Notes under the pieces: generated by a model | Told to the model about the DNA's origin: nothing | The model's input: only the letters and a program-made list of their open reading frames with translations | The model's database searches: none | Origin: Zygnema circumcarinatum SAG 698-1b | Lineage: Eukaryota > Plantae > Zygnematophyceae | NCBI GenBank assembly: GCA_037447605.1 | Contig: CM074821.1 | Location: forward strand, 62,001 to 126,000 | Length of the DNA stretch: 64,000 nt | Direction: 5' to 3' | Position numbers and translations under genes: made by a program | Shown here: piece by piece, positions 36,760 through 50,000 of the stretch | How positions within the stretch are numbered: the first letter of the stretch is position 1 | How the letters are laid out: every line of letters begins with the position of its first letter

Positions 36760-38824
36760 CATGCAGGAGGGGGAGCAGGAGGAGGATGCCTCTGTTCGCT
36801 GTGGGGCAGATCAGTGACACAAGATGTGTGCAGCAGATGATTCTCCTGTAAGCCCCATAACCTTCACTTTGGAACCTTAATATCTTGATGTTGATGTTGA
36901 TGTTATTGTTGAATAGAGTAGCCAATCAGTTGAATTGAGTTTATCTAGTGAAGGAATGGAGCCAAGTTCGCCCTAGCTTTCGCACCCTTCTGTTGTTAGG
37001 AATGCAATTTGGAGACCAACCAAAATTGTTTTGCTCCTCTTGCAGGATCCTTCGGCTTGGCAAGCGTATCTGATCATGTTATCGAGATTCTTCCCGTGAC
37101 GCTGAGAACAATAACAATGGACAAAGAAGATGACAGGGTTTTTGGTCATCCTCGTTTCCATTTGCATCGAGTGCTTCCTCTGTTGTTCACGGCCTCGGGC
37201 GTAGCGTTGCATGCAGCATTGACAGGAGAGGTGGACCTTATCATTTGTGGACCAGATTGCCCCAAGACCTTGATGTTCTCAGTTGAAATTGGATTCACGA
37301 AGTTCCTGCTTCTTCTTCATGCATCTGTTGGTGGAATGTGACCACATACATCTCTCAGATCGCTCTAACGAGGCGCGCATCCTCGCTCCTGAAGCGGGTT
37401 GGGAATTTTTTTTTGCCGTACGACTCTTCCCGCGAGCCGATCAACAATATCTGTACGGACCTCCGGGTCCACGCCCCTTACGATCCGCCAAAATTTCATC
37501 GTTGATCGGTTGACCCAAGGAAAACTCAAATTGAACACGAACGATAATTTATTGTCCAATGTTCAATTGGGTCTCCAACAAAGTTGTATCTGGAAAAAAA
37601 AATCGGAATTCATTTCTCATTTCTCAAAATTAATCCTGTCCACAAATATGGGTTTTTGTTTGAGAAACTGGTTTTGAATTTTTTTTTTTTTTTTAAGAAG
37701 CCAGAACCTTTAGCCAAGTTCTTTTTTTCTTCAACCTGTTCGGTTTTGCGGTATATGCGGCCGCGGACGACTTTTACTCTCACGATATATCGCTGGCACC
37801 GCGCGGTCACGGTGCTCGACAGCGACAGCTCGTACCGTACCGACGCGTCGTACGGTGACGTACTTTACCGTACAGTACCGTTCGTGCCGCAGCGGCCGGG
37901 GGCGTCCGTACGTACGGACCCGCCCGGCAGCCGGCCCGCCATGGGGCGCGTCGCCCGGCGGCGGCGGCGGGTGACGTGACGGCGGCGGCGGGAGCGGAGC
38001 GGCCGAGCGCGGCCATGTCAAACTCCGCCGCGCGCCGCCGCCGGGGGAAGGGAGGGGGGCCGGGCGAGGAGCGAGGGGGGCGAGAGCACAGCCGCGGGAG
38101 TAGAGGGAAAGGGAGATAGGGGAGGGGAGGGGAGGGGAGGGGAGGGGAGGGGAGGGGACGGACAGGAGATGCAGGGTGGTCAGTGAGAGCTGTAGCGACA
38201 GGTTCTATGGGGAGGGTATAAGAAGTGAAGGATTATCGAAATACAGGTACGGATAGCGGTGGGAATTAACGGGTTTTAATTAGGCCGATATCTGCTGAGA
38301 CCGTGCTGGTGGTTTCTTCTCTGCAGTTCGACTGCAAGTGTTGCGGTCTCTGAATATCACATGCATTCACATTGAAAGAGGTCCAGATTTGCACGCTTCA
38401 CAGTGATCGGTTGACCTCTGTTTCAGCCAGAATTTGAACATGGCGCTTGTTAATTAAACGAATAAGAATGCAGGCTACGAACGATGTAGACATGATGTGA
38501 TGGATAGCGATGTTTTCTCCCTCCTCTGTGCGCCGGATATCGAGGCATAAAAATGCAGCTTCAACAAACGTCACTCCTTTCCATTCTATGACCGTCTACA
38601 CGCCAAGTACAAGCGTGAGATGAATGTTTTTTTTTTAGTGTTGAATGCCCCCCTTCTCTCTGGAAGCTTCTCCTTGACTAGTATTCTTCATAGTACGGAG
38701 GGCAGGGCTGCGCCGCCTGACTCTGGAATTTTTAATCCCTTGCAGAACCAAATTCTTGTCCTTGAAAGAAACAGAAAGAGAAAGCCATAGGAGCCAAGCG
38801 AGGGGCCTGCAAGAAGCAACGAAC

Positions 38825-41800
38825 ATGGTATGCGCTTACCCCACGTAGTACATTCTGATCCGCTTCACAGGTTCCATCTGCCACACTTGATGTTGATAAT
38901 ATCATTGGCTCGCGTAATTATCGTTACTAATGCCGTTGCTGTTACAAAACTTTCGTTGGTCTCGTCACCAGAAACCTCCTACAGACGTGGCATTGGCGCC
39001 TTCCAACCCTTCAAACACAGGAGGGTGCTCCTCCCCGACGGACTCCCCCATCCGAGTGGTGCTCAGGTGCCGGCCGCCCTCCCAGGGAGAGCTCGCTGGC
39101 GAGGGGCGCAGCGGAGGCATCCTGCAGGAATCGGACGATCCGAACAGCATTCAGATCGAGGACCGCCTCTTCAAGCTCGACGGCGTGTCGTTCTCTGAAA
39201 AGGAGTCGATGACCGATTTTTACAATCGATTCGCGAGACAAAGTGTGGAGGATGCGATCATGGGAGAGGACCGGACCATCCTCATGTATGGCCCGTCTGG
39301 GAGCGGCAAAAGCTACAATATGTTTGCTCCCAGTAAGTCGCCTCTGCTTTCTTAGTTTTTTCGCAAGCTGTTCAAGTGCAGCTGCTCTGACTCGAGGCGA
39401 TGAACCTGAGGCTTCTTCGACTTTTCCGTTTCTCAATCCGCCTGCATTATTGGCAATCCGGCGATTTCTGACCATTTTCTTTGAATGTTATTTTTTGTCT
39501 CTTTTGGTTCCGTTTCTCCTCCTGAAGAGGGAATCGTGCCATTGGCTCTGAGGCAGATGATGAGGCGGGACGACGACATATGGAACCTCCTCGCGCAGCT
39601 CTCAAAGGCCACCGTGGCGGCCACGTGTTTGGAGATTCTTCACGAGAAGGTGTTCGATCTTTTGGCTCCGCAAGTGGTTACCCAAAACTGGGTCACCGAT
39701 CACAGCCCCATTGTTGGGCAGGGCATGCTGAAGCTCCTGCAAGGGAAGGCGCAAGGCGCGCACAGCGTCACTGGAAGCGACGCCGACGAGCTCATGGAGC
39801 TCATTGCCCCCGCGCTGCAGCGCAGGACCACGGTGGCCACGGCCTTAAACAGCAGATCGTCCCGCAGTCATTTCGTGCTTCAGTTTGAAATCCGACCAAC
39901 AGGGGGGCGCTTGACTCTCGTTGACCTTGCGGGATCTGAGTGCATCAGTCGTTCCGGTGCGTGCAATGAAGTGGCGAAACAGGCGGGGACCATCAACCAT
40001 GTGAGTTGCATGCTGCGCAAATTTCTTTTGACGGATTGCATTGCCTGAAAGACGGATATGGCAAAACCCATAACATGGAAAGTGTGCCTGTCACTCGTTC
40101 GGTGCCCGCATAGTGTGCCTCTTTCTCTCTCTTACTGTACTGAAGAAGAAAGGTTTCAGCCACGCTCTGTGTGCCCTCCTCTCCTCTCCTCTCCTCTCCT
40201 CGCAGGGCCTGTTGGTGCTGCGGCGAGTGGTGGACGCTCTCGCGGCGAAGCAGCCGCACGTGCCCTTCCGCGACTCCAAGCTGACGCAGCTTCTGCAGGC
40301 CTCCCTCGCGCGGGGGGGAGGGAGCGGCGCGCCGCGCATGCTCATGGTGCTGTGCACGAGCCCGCGCCCGGAGGACGGCCACGAGACCATCATGACTCTG
40401 CACTATGGCGCGACAGCGCGCTCCATCGTCAATCTCCCTTCGGAACGCAAGGTGTGGCTCACACTCTCTAGATGTATGCATGCATGCTCGGGGTTTTCAG
40501 GAATCCATTGACTCGGCTATAGTAAAGAGTGTGATGAATTATTGCCATTCACTCTGTGATGTGGAGAAAGGCATGAAGCTGCACTTTTAATAGGTCTAAG
40601 ATGGACGATTGGCATAGACATTGAGTCGTATGTCAGCGCACACTTCTTCCTTTCTGCTGACATTCTAAACTTCGTCCATGCAGATGCTGCACAAGCTGAC
40701 AGCAAAGGATGCACAAAAGCTCATGAAACAGCTTCAGGCGAAAGAGGCCCATATAAAAGCACTGCAAACGCAGAATGACATCATGGCTGCTCGCATAGCA
40801 GCCCTCCAGGAAGCACACGGCAGTCCACGCAGCGTTTGCCACGCGTCCCCAGGAACTGCTTTCTCAAGGACGCGCTCGGAACCTTCTGCCTCCGTCGAAA
40901 TGGAGTCCCCCTGCCGATCAGGCGGCCACGTGGAGGAAGAGACTGGGGAGGACGACGCAGAATGGGCCAAGTTCGGTGCGCATGGCGCCAAAGAGCAGCT
41001 GGAAAAGGCCTCTCTGGATGATGCATGCGAGTCAAGTGTGGGGAGCAACTCTGCGAAGGATGACGAAATTTACCAACAGGAGGACCCTGCTGAGGAAGAT
41101 TCAAGTAGGAAATGTAGCTCGCAATTGAACGTTAGGAAGCGGCTGAAGGTTAAGTCTCGAAGTGTTCAAGAACGTATACCAGACGGAGATGATACGGAGC
41201 CAGCTTATGAGACGGAGGACGTATTCAACAAGGCAGAGGTAGAAGAACGTGTACAACTGGTAGGCGACCCTGTGGATGAAGAAGCAAGCGTGCACTGCCT
41301 TGGGCCCGTTGATGTAATCGATGGCAAAATGGGTGGAGAAGTCGAATCGGAGACAAAGGAAGGTACCGGTGCCGTCGAGGACGCAACCGTTGAGAAAAGC
41401 AAGGGTTCATGTGAAAGCGACCAGGATACATTTCCTCGAGACGTGCACGCAGGCTGCATATCGAGGGATGGAAACACCAGAGTGGAGATTTCAGCTGATA
41501 CAGAGATTGTTTGCGAGACACGCCACGTCCTTGTTTCTAATGCAGAAACTGGAACCTTAGCATTGGGAGAAGGAGATGTAGTGAAGGAGGAGGAAAACGC
41601 AATATGGGTTACGAGCCAAGACGCGTCACCACCTCTAGAAAGCCGAGTTCTCTCCGACATTCGAAGCTCTCTTGAAGAAACATCCGCACACAGTCCGAAC
41701 AAAATTGTCATCAACGACGTGAACGCCTCCATCTCCGCAGCCGAAGCGCATGCAACACCTGACCTTCCAAAGGCTTCACCCTCCAACCCTACCTTCTCAA

Positions 41801-42312
41801 GACCTCGCACATGCGAGTATGGCTGTTCCAGTACAAGAGCGGAGGTTCTTACCTTCAACAATGTGATCGGAATATGGGAGGAATGGATCTCTGACACCGG
41901 CTGCAACCACATGAAACCTCGCCTTGCTCTCAGAACGAGCTTTGAGGGTGTAGTGAGGCCAAACCCGAGGACCCCACAAACGTGGGAGCGGAAGGCAGAT
42001 GCATCGCCGTCGGATGCGAGCGTGCTGGTCGATGTGACGTCTAGAGTTCCATCTAGAGCCATATCCCATGCCTGGATAACTCGTAAAGGACGGGGAAGGA
42101 CCCCTCTGGAAATCCATGCCGCGCAGCAGCAACCTCTTGAGCCCGCGACGACGGAGCCCGACGGAGCCGGCGAGCGGCCTGCAGAGAGGGAGGCGGGCGG
42201 GAGGGAGGGCGAGCGGCCGCCCGGCTGGAGGAGGCTGCGGTCCGCGCTGGGGGCTGCGGTGGGCGGCTGCGGCCGCGTCTCTGTGAAGGGCGCGGCTGTG
42301 CGCGAGGACTGA
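38825..42312 (+). CDS. Kinesin, PAKRP2/kinesin-10 (KINID1)-like N-terminal motor, multi-exon; exact start and end uncertain
   Basis: PIRVVLRCRP, FKLDGVSFSEKESMTDFYNRF, TILMYGPSGSGKSYNMF (P-loop), NSRSSRSH, GGRLTLVDLAGSE, HVPFRDSKLTQLLQ, MLMVLCTSP, TIMTLHYGATAR, then coiled coil and a long acidic tail. The LDGVSFSE and TIxMYGP signatures recall PAKRP2. Putative intron 38828-38971 has a TACTAAT branch point. Confidence 0.85.
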
Positions 42313-42602
42313 GGACTGACCCGCGCCATGGCTCGCTCGCGCCCGTGGTCGGAGGGTGCGCGCGACCACAGGTGGCGGTAGTGAGGAGGAACATTCACAT
42401 TGTCGAGGGGAGGGCGCTGTATAGGGCAGGGGCTCGGCTTATGAGCTGAGTACGGCAGTGTGTGAGGGCGGCCATGGGGTTGTGCGGGCTCTGTTCCGAG
42501 CAAGCACTTCTGGCAGAGGGTACTAAACGCAGGTGGGCGCGAAGAAGCAAGTGGAGGTGGAAGTCACAGCTTGTGGTAGGCTCGCGGTGTGAAACAAGGG
42601 AT

Positions 42603-44954
42603 GGTCGGGACACTGATGGAGATGCATGGTACGGATCTGCATCACTGGTATTGCAGTTGGTATTTCGTGTGATATGCCCCTTGTGCAAGAAGGGTTGATT
42701 GAGCGTGTTACTTCAAAAACGAGGAGCACTCTGTATCATGTTTTGAAATTAAAACGACTGACATGAATTGAAAGGGAAAATAACATGGAAGAGAAGGGAC
42801 AAAAAAAAATGCAAAGCATATCGATCACGTTTGTGGTTTCCATAGACTTTCCGATCATTCTCTCCATGGCTCGCATCCACAATGCAGCTTGTTTGAGATT
42901 TTATACACGGGAGGCAGTTCCCCCTCGCTGCACGGTCACATGCGTTGCGCGCACAACATTCGAGTTACGCGGCAGCAGTGTGCGACGCTCAAAGGTCTTG
43001 AACACAACGGCGGAGCAACCCTCCCGTGACTGACCCGACAACACAATCTAAGTACTTAAACAAGTGTCTGTACCAACTGAAACCAGTCATCAGAAACTTA
43101 CGGCACAGGCGTGGTAGCTAAGAAAATGACCATCAGATGTGTTTAATAACTTTAAAAGCCACGTGGCAGCCTCTCGTCATTGTCTTTGCGTTTTTCTGTC
43201 GCGTGTCTTGCTGCATTGCTCTGTTTTTGTTGCTTGTGCTCCTTTTTGTTTTTTGTTTTTTGTCTTTGGTTGTTTTGCTGCTATTTTGCTCCGGTTTTTT
43301 CTGTTCTAACGTTTCTCGCCTTGTTTTTTGACATTTTCTGCCGTAGCTTGTCTTGCTGTGTTGCGTTTTTCCTTTTGTCTCCCCCTTTGCGTCTATTCGT
43401 CCTTGTGCTTCTTCTTTTTGAGCTGCTCTCGCCTTTTATGCCCTTTCCATCCTTTTTCTGCTATTTTTCTCCTTCCTTTCCCTTCTCCCTTCCCTTCTCC
43501 TCCCTGGTCCCTTCCCTTCCCTTCCTTTCCTTATTCCTCCACCTCTGTTCCCCTATCCCTTCCCTTCCAATCCCTTTGTCCTGCCCCTTCCTTTTCCTTC
43601 TTCCCCCCCCCTTCTCACTTCCCCTCCCCTTCCCTTCTCCCTTCCCTTCCCTTCCCTCTTCCCTCCCCGTTTCTCCTCCTCTCCTTTCCTTTCCCTCCTC
43701 CCTTCCTTTCCCATCCCCTTCCTTTCCCGTATTCCCCCCTTTCTTCTCCCTTCTCTCTTCTCTTTCCTGTCCCTTCTCTTCCCTCCTCTTCCCTTCCCTT
43801 TCCTCCCCCCCCCCGCCTCCCCTCCCTTTCTTTCCCTCCCCTTCCCTTATCCTTTCCCCTTTCCCTTCTTTTCNNNNNNNNNNGGTCGGGACACTGATGG
43901 AGATGCATGGTACGGATCTGCATCACTGGTATTGCAGTTGGTATTTCGTGTGATATGCCCCTTGTGCAAGAAGGGTTGATTGAGCGTGTTACTTCAAAAA
44001 CGAGGAGCACTCTGTATCATGTTTTGAAATTAAAACGACTGACATGAATTGAAAGGGAAAATAACATGGAAGAGAAGGGACAAAAAAAAATGCAAAGCAT
44101 ATCGATCACGTTTGTGGTTTCCATAGACTTTCCGATCATTCTCTCCATGGCTCGCATCCACAATGCAGCTTGTTTGAGATTTTATACACGGGAGGCAGTT
44201 CCCCCTCGCTGCACGGTCACATGCGTTGCGCGCACAACATTCGAGTTACGCGGCAGCAGTGTGCGACGCTCAAAGGTCTTGAACACAACGGCGGAGCAAC
44301 CCTCCCGTGACTGACCCGACAACACAATCTAAGTACTTAAACAAGTGTCTGTACCAACTGAAACCAGTCATCAGAAACTTACGGCACAGGCGTGGTAGCT
44401 AAGAAAATGACCATCAGATGTGTTTAATAACTTTAAAAGCCACGTGGCAGCCTCTCGTCATTGTCTTTGCGTTTTTCTGTCGCGTGTCTTGCTGCATTGC
44501 TCTGTTTTTGTTGCTTGTGCTCCTTTTTGTTTTTTGTTTTTTGTCTTTGGTTGTTTTGCTGCTATTTTGCTCCGGTTTTTTCTGTTCTAACGTTTCTCGC
44601 CTTGTTTTTTGACATTTTCTGCCGTAGCTTGTCTTGCTGTGTTGCGTTTTTCCTTTTGTCTCCCCCTTTGCGTCTATTCGTCCTTGTGCTTCTTCTTTTT
44701 GAGCTGCTCTCGCCTTTTATGCCCTTTCCATCCTTTTTCTGCTATTTTTCTCCTTCCTTTCCCTTCTCCCTTCCCTTCTCCTCCCTGGTCCCTTCCCTTC
44801 CCTTCCTTTCCTTATTCCTCCACCTCTGTTCCCCTATCCCTTCCCTTCCAATCCCTTTGTCCTGCCCCTTCCTTTTCCTTCTTCCCCCCCCCTTCTCACT
44901 TCCCCTCCCCTTCCCTTCTCCCTTCCCTTCCCTTCCCTCTTCCCTCCCCGTTTC
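42603..44954 (+). repeat. 1071-bp direct duplication (42603-43673 = 43884-44954), probably an assembly artefact
   Basis: Constant offset 1281; no differences seen by eye; the second copy starts and ends exactly at N10 gaps. Confidence 0.9.
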
Positions 44955-44964
44955 NNNNNNNNNN

Positions 44965-46528
44965 CGCCCACCCGCTTCCCTCCCCTCATCCATTTCCTTC
45001 TCCTTCGTCATGCCTCTTTGTCGCTCCTCTCGTTCCCCTTCCCCTTCCCACCCCCTTGCCTTGTCATCTGTTGTTGCTCTTCCCCCTCTTGTCCGTTCTT
45101 CCCCTATTCCTTCTTCCCCTCTTGCTGCTCGCCCCAGGCCTCTCCCCCAGGTTCCTTGTGATCATTGTGGAAATTGTTTTGGTCAGGGTGCGGGTTTGTC
45201 CCGGCATATGCGCGCGTGTCCTCTTCGTCCTCCTCCCATCGTCGACCCTTCTTCTACTCCCTCTTCTTCTGTACCCGTCACTGCCACCCCTGGGTCTGCT
45301 TTGCATGTTGGGCCTAGCCCGGCTGCTTGGGCGTATGCTCGGTCTTTAGATGTCCTCGGGTCGTTTTTTGTTGGGTCCCGTCGTCCTCGTCTTTACGCTC
45401 GTATCCCACGGGCTTTGCGTGTTTGTGTCTGTGATGCTTTGCGTTTGCCTCTTGCTCGTCTTGCGTGTGATCCATCAGATGTTGTTGCATGGCATGTCCT
45501 TCTTCTTTTCCCCCTTTGGGTTTTCATTTGCCTCCTCATGGTGGGGCCAGCGCCGTTCGCGAGACCCATCGGCAGTGTCTTCGTTTTGGGTGGGGATTGG
45601 GAGCTTTTGTAGGCCGAGCACGCTGATCGCATTCGTGCCCTGTCGGCGTCCGCTGCCACTCGCCCGCCCTCCCTTTCGGACGCCTCAGCTCGACATCGTC
45701 GGGCGGTTCAGTTAAGCCGATGCGGGGAGTTGTCTCGCGCTGCTCGCGCTCTTCGACCCTTTACGCCCGCCCCGGCCAACAACGACACTTTGGATCGCCN
45801 NNNNNNNNNGGCTCATAATGTTGTGCGCGATGCGATTGCTGCGGTGGCTCAAGAAGCTAACTACCTTGTGCGACAGGAGCCAAGCCACCACGGCCCCACG
45901 GCTGACTATTCGTGGCGAGCGCAGAGTTCGCCCTGATTTGGCTCTTATGGATGGTGCCCGGCGCATTTTTGGGGATATTGTGTTGGCCGATCCAACCCGT
46001 CGCGATTTATTGTCACGTGCAGCACATCGTGAAGGCGTGGCTGCTCGCGATGCGGCCCTTCGCAAGGAGCGTGCATATGCTCACCGTGATGCGGCCGATG
46101 AGTTTGTTCTTATGGCTATTGAAATTTTTGGCTACCTCGACACCCGTTTGGACACCTTCCTTCCCCAGTGCGCCCATCGCTCCTTCGAGATGCACGGCCC
46201 CGGAAGCCCTCCTCCGGCAATCTTGGCTACCTTTTATCGACAGCGCATTTCCGTCGCCCTTCAGCGCTTCTTCGGCGTGCTGCGGTTGTTGGTGATCGTG
46301 TTGGTGGACTTCCACCGCTCCCTCCTCGCGACGTGCCTCACATCGGTGACCTTCGTGGCTGCTTCTAAGGCTGCGTTGTTGTGCCTAGGCGTAGTTTTCC
46401 GCTCTAGCTTTGTTTTATTGTGTTTCGGTCCTTTGTGACTAGTCCTTCGTGGTTCCACATTTTGCCTTTGTCCATGTACATTTGATGGCCTCGCCATCGC
46501 GAGTTCAATGAAAGTTTTCCTCCTTCAG
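44965..46528 (+). mobile_element. Degenerate CRE-type non-LTR retrotransposon (C2H2 finger, pre-RT motifs, restriction-like endonuclease); RT core absent or hidden in the gap at 45800-45809
   Basis: CDHCGNCFGQGAGLSRHMRAC zinc finger; AWHVLLLFPLW, GDWELL and GELSRAARAL..PA.NDTL pre-RT motifs; HNVVRD; RVRPDLAL..GDIVLADP...AARDAALRKERAY...FVLMAIEIFG (PD-(D/E)xK); RQRISVALQR; T-rich 3' UTR shared with 27786-27997; stops and frameshifts present. Confidence 0.85.
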
Positions 46529-47079
46529 AGACTTTTACTGACAGAATAAAATACAAGGACGAGGTGAAACCAAGACGTGGCCGATGCTCGACAGAGCGGC
46601 CACCGCGTGCGGATGAGAGTCAAATCATAAAGAAACTTCGCCATGGACCTTCTTGTCTGGTTAGTCATTTGTGCCGCAAGCCAGTCAGCCAGTCCGTCCG
46701 TACCCTCGTCCCGCAGCGCTGTGCGCGCACCGCGCTCGGGCGTGCGCAGAGCGACAATTCAAGCCTTGCCGCGCTATCCGCCAGGTGGCACTCCGCCGTA
46801 CGCAATTTGAATATTTCGCACGCGCGGAGTGAGCCGGTTCGCGCACAATGACGAGGTCGGTGCCCGTTCACACGGCGGCTCGCACTGGGGGCGGAGGGAG
46901 GGAGGAGGGGCTAGGGCTGCCATCTGCCTCCTGCTGGCCGGCGCCATGGCGAACGGGGAAGGGCTGCGGTGATCGGGCTGTCGGGCTGTACACGCGGGGT
47001 GTTGTAATTGCAGTGGGGGAAAAGGATATCGCGATCTATGCGATAATTTTACAAGTTTTGGTTGATTTTGTGAAAAAGG

Positions 47080-50000
47080 ATGGAAAGCATGAGTAGAATC
47101 CGGAGCAGTCCGCGAAACCCTAGGCCGTTTGGCAGCAAAAGGATAGTTGCTGGGAAGAGACCCGCTCCGGATGCGCGAAAGAGCTGCTTTCGGAAACTGC
47201 TGAAGAGGGAAGTCAGCCATGGAGCGAATTGGACGTTTAAGCGCAACAGCGCTGAAGATAAATTCAAACACTTCAACCTTCAGGTATTGTTTGGTGTCTT
47301 GCATATGTTCCGGATGGTCACCTACTGTTCATTTTTTGACGTTGCTGGCATGCTTTTCTGACTATGATTTGACATCGTAACCCTAAGTAGGCTATATGCT
47401 CGCAGTGATTGAAGTTGATCGCAAAACCGAAGTAACCCAACATGAATTGGAGCTGGGGCTCTCTATTCGGTGTCGCCTCTGTTTTGAGGAGCATCCTTTG
47501 TTCTGATGAGCGTCCTCATGGATGCTTCCCACTGTCGATATGCCAATTGGCAGAGCGGATGAGTCAGTACTTCGTTTTTGGGGGTTGCGAATGATGATCA
47601 AGTGTTTGTACGCAGCTCAAAGGATGGTTGTGGTTTGTGGGGTGCTCTGGTAGTGCTTAAATGTGCTTAGGTTATACATGAAATCATCCTTCTGCCGTTG
47701 TTCGGACCTGGCCACCATCATTCAGTAGGGTTGGCACTAGTTGGGAATGATCTGACCAGGAAAAAATGTCAGATATGGGTTTGATTCCTTTATTTTCTCT
47801 GGATCATATGTAGCATTATTCATTTGAATCCGTCCTTTGGCGACCTTATAGTTGCAGGTATGTAATACTCATATTTTCAACCGCCTGGCTAAGCAGTGGG
47901 TTCACTTATTAGAACGTTTTGATAAAGAGTTACACTTCAGTTGATGGGGTGTCCTGGTTTAGCTTTCAGATCATGGTGTAAGCTGGCTATGCCTGACAAA
48001 CCCTAACTATGGAGTTTCGGGTGAGCGTGCATCCGGACTGCTTTTTAAAAAGCTTGTGGCGTCATAAGAGGTTCTTGTGCAGAATCTAAATGGGGTTGAC
48101 GTGCACAAGAAATTATTGTCATTTCAGTTTTTGAGGCTCGTCGCCGAATTTTTGGATTTTCGGCTTCTGGGCTTTTTGGATTTCTGGCTGTAGGCGTTGT
48201 TTATCTTATGGGTTTGGATCCCTGTCTGAACTTTTCTCTTGGGACCTAGTTTTTGCCGGTATTGATTCTGCTCTTTCGTTCTTATTTTGGATATGGATCG
48301 CGGCTGCTTTTGTGCTTTGTGGATGTGTAGGAGGAGTTCGACACCTTCGATCCAAAGGCTCCTCAGTTTCAGAAGTTGCCATTTTTGAAAAAGCGCTCGA
48401 GGATTGTCGAGATTGCAGCAGCTCGAGATCTCGTTTTTGCCCTCGCGCATTCCGGAGCCTGCGCAGCAATCAGCAGAGGTAAGGGCGAGCCTGCATTCTG
48501 TCAGTGGTCTATTGCTAACAGCCCTAAGAAAGGGGAAGTATCTTGCGTCAAGCATCGTTTCAACTCTCTTTTTTTCTTTTTAAAGTGATGGAGTGAATTT
48601 GGGGTAGGGAAGTAAGTCAGGAGGTTCCTAGATACGCCTTGTTCTGACAATGCCGAGAGTATTGCTCAGTTTTTGTGCTTATGTTGAAGAAGGGGCTGTG
48701 TGGGTTTTGCATGTGCATTGTGGCAGAAACAAATAAGCGAATCTGTTTCATGAACACCTCACCTGAAGAGGTTATCCGGAGTCTCTTTTACAATAAGAAT
48801 AACGACTCTCTCATTACGGTGTCCGTTTATTCGGTCGATAACTTCAGCACATTGCGTTGTCGCACGACTCCTCTCGAGTGAGTTCAACTCAGCCTCTTTC
48901 TACTTCTATTGGCTAGTCAAAATGTCCTGTGTTTTGAGATTATGCGGAGCTCTTGCTTCGTATTACTCAAAACGTCTGGTTTGCTGACCATTGCTGATGT
49001 CGTCCTGCAGATACATTCGGCGAGGGCAGCCCGATGCCGGATTTCCCCTATTTGAGTCCGAGTCATTAAGATGGCCGGGCTTTGTGGAGTTTGACGATGT
49101 GAATGGGAAAGTGCTCACATATTCAGCTCAGAACAGGTGTGCTGCTGGCCGTTATTATTATATTTGTAGCTCAACTGCATTGCCAGGAATACTGCAGAGT
49201 TTTCTGCTATTGACTACCATCCTAACTTATGGGGGAGGCTACATTCACTGACCTGATAAGCTGGATTGGTGATGCTTTTGACTATTGTGGAGTGAGAAGG
49301 ATCACAAAAGGAGCTGCTCTATCAACTCTGTTTCTGCTCCGGCTTGGTTGGCGGTTGGCAGGGTGTATAAGGTGTTTGACCTAAAGAACTACAACCTCTT
49401 GTATAGTGTGGCGGACAAAAACATATCAGAAATCAAGATAAGGTGCGTTCAGGAACCTCTCATCTGTTAAAGCCTGAAGGTGAGGCCAAAGCTACTTCTG
49501 CATGTTTGCCTCCTTAGGAAGTACAATGCAGAAAAAAGTAGGATTGTAGGTCTTTCAGTCCCGCATGCATATTTAAGCTAACAGCTCGGTGGTGAATTCG
49601 GCATGGCAGCCCTGGAATTATGCTGCTGATCTATGACAGAGTTCCCAGCCATGTTCCGCTGAAGATATTGTCAATTGAGGACGGAAGGGTACTTAAGGCC
49701 TTCAACCACATGCTGCGGCGGACCAAGAAGGTGGACTTTATTGAGCAATTCAACGAGAAGCTGCTGGTTAAGCAGGAAACGGAAAACCTTCAGATATTGG
49801 ATGTAAGTTGGATGCACCATCATACTCAGTTCGATTGCTGCTTGCATCTATTTTTTGGCGTCTTGTGAGATGCCTCGCTCACAGTGCCATGCCAGACGAT
49901 GGGTTGTGCCATAACTCATGCATATTTCGCAAGGGGGGGCTTACATGTTTCAAAGCATGAAGGTTTGGCCTTGGTTGGGTTGGTCGGGTTAGGTTGCTTT

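Noticed and set aside
36973-37341. Possible hAT transposase fragment (CQCC, IFFVHC)
   Set aside because: Only two short motif look-alikes with wrong spacing; needs a tBLASTn/HMM hit before it can be claimed.
42603-44954. 1071-bp tandem duplication as a biological segmental duplication
   Set aside because: The copies look identical and the second is bounded exactly by N gaps, typical of an unmerged contig overlap. Read depth or long reads would decide.
43137-44955. Phe/Leu/Pro-rich apparent membrane ORFs
   Set aside because: Translations of T/C-rich low-complexity DNA in the duplicated segment; no domain signature.
47500-47760. Box C/D snoRNA candidate in the WD40 first intron (ATGATGA...CTGA)
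   Set aside because: No terminal stem or recognisable rRNA guide seen; the motifs are short enough to occur by chance.
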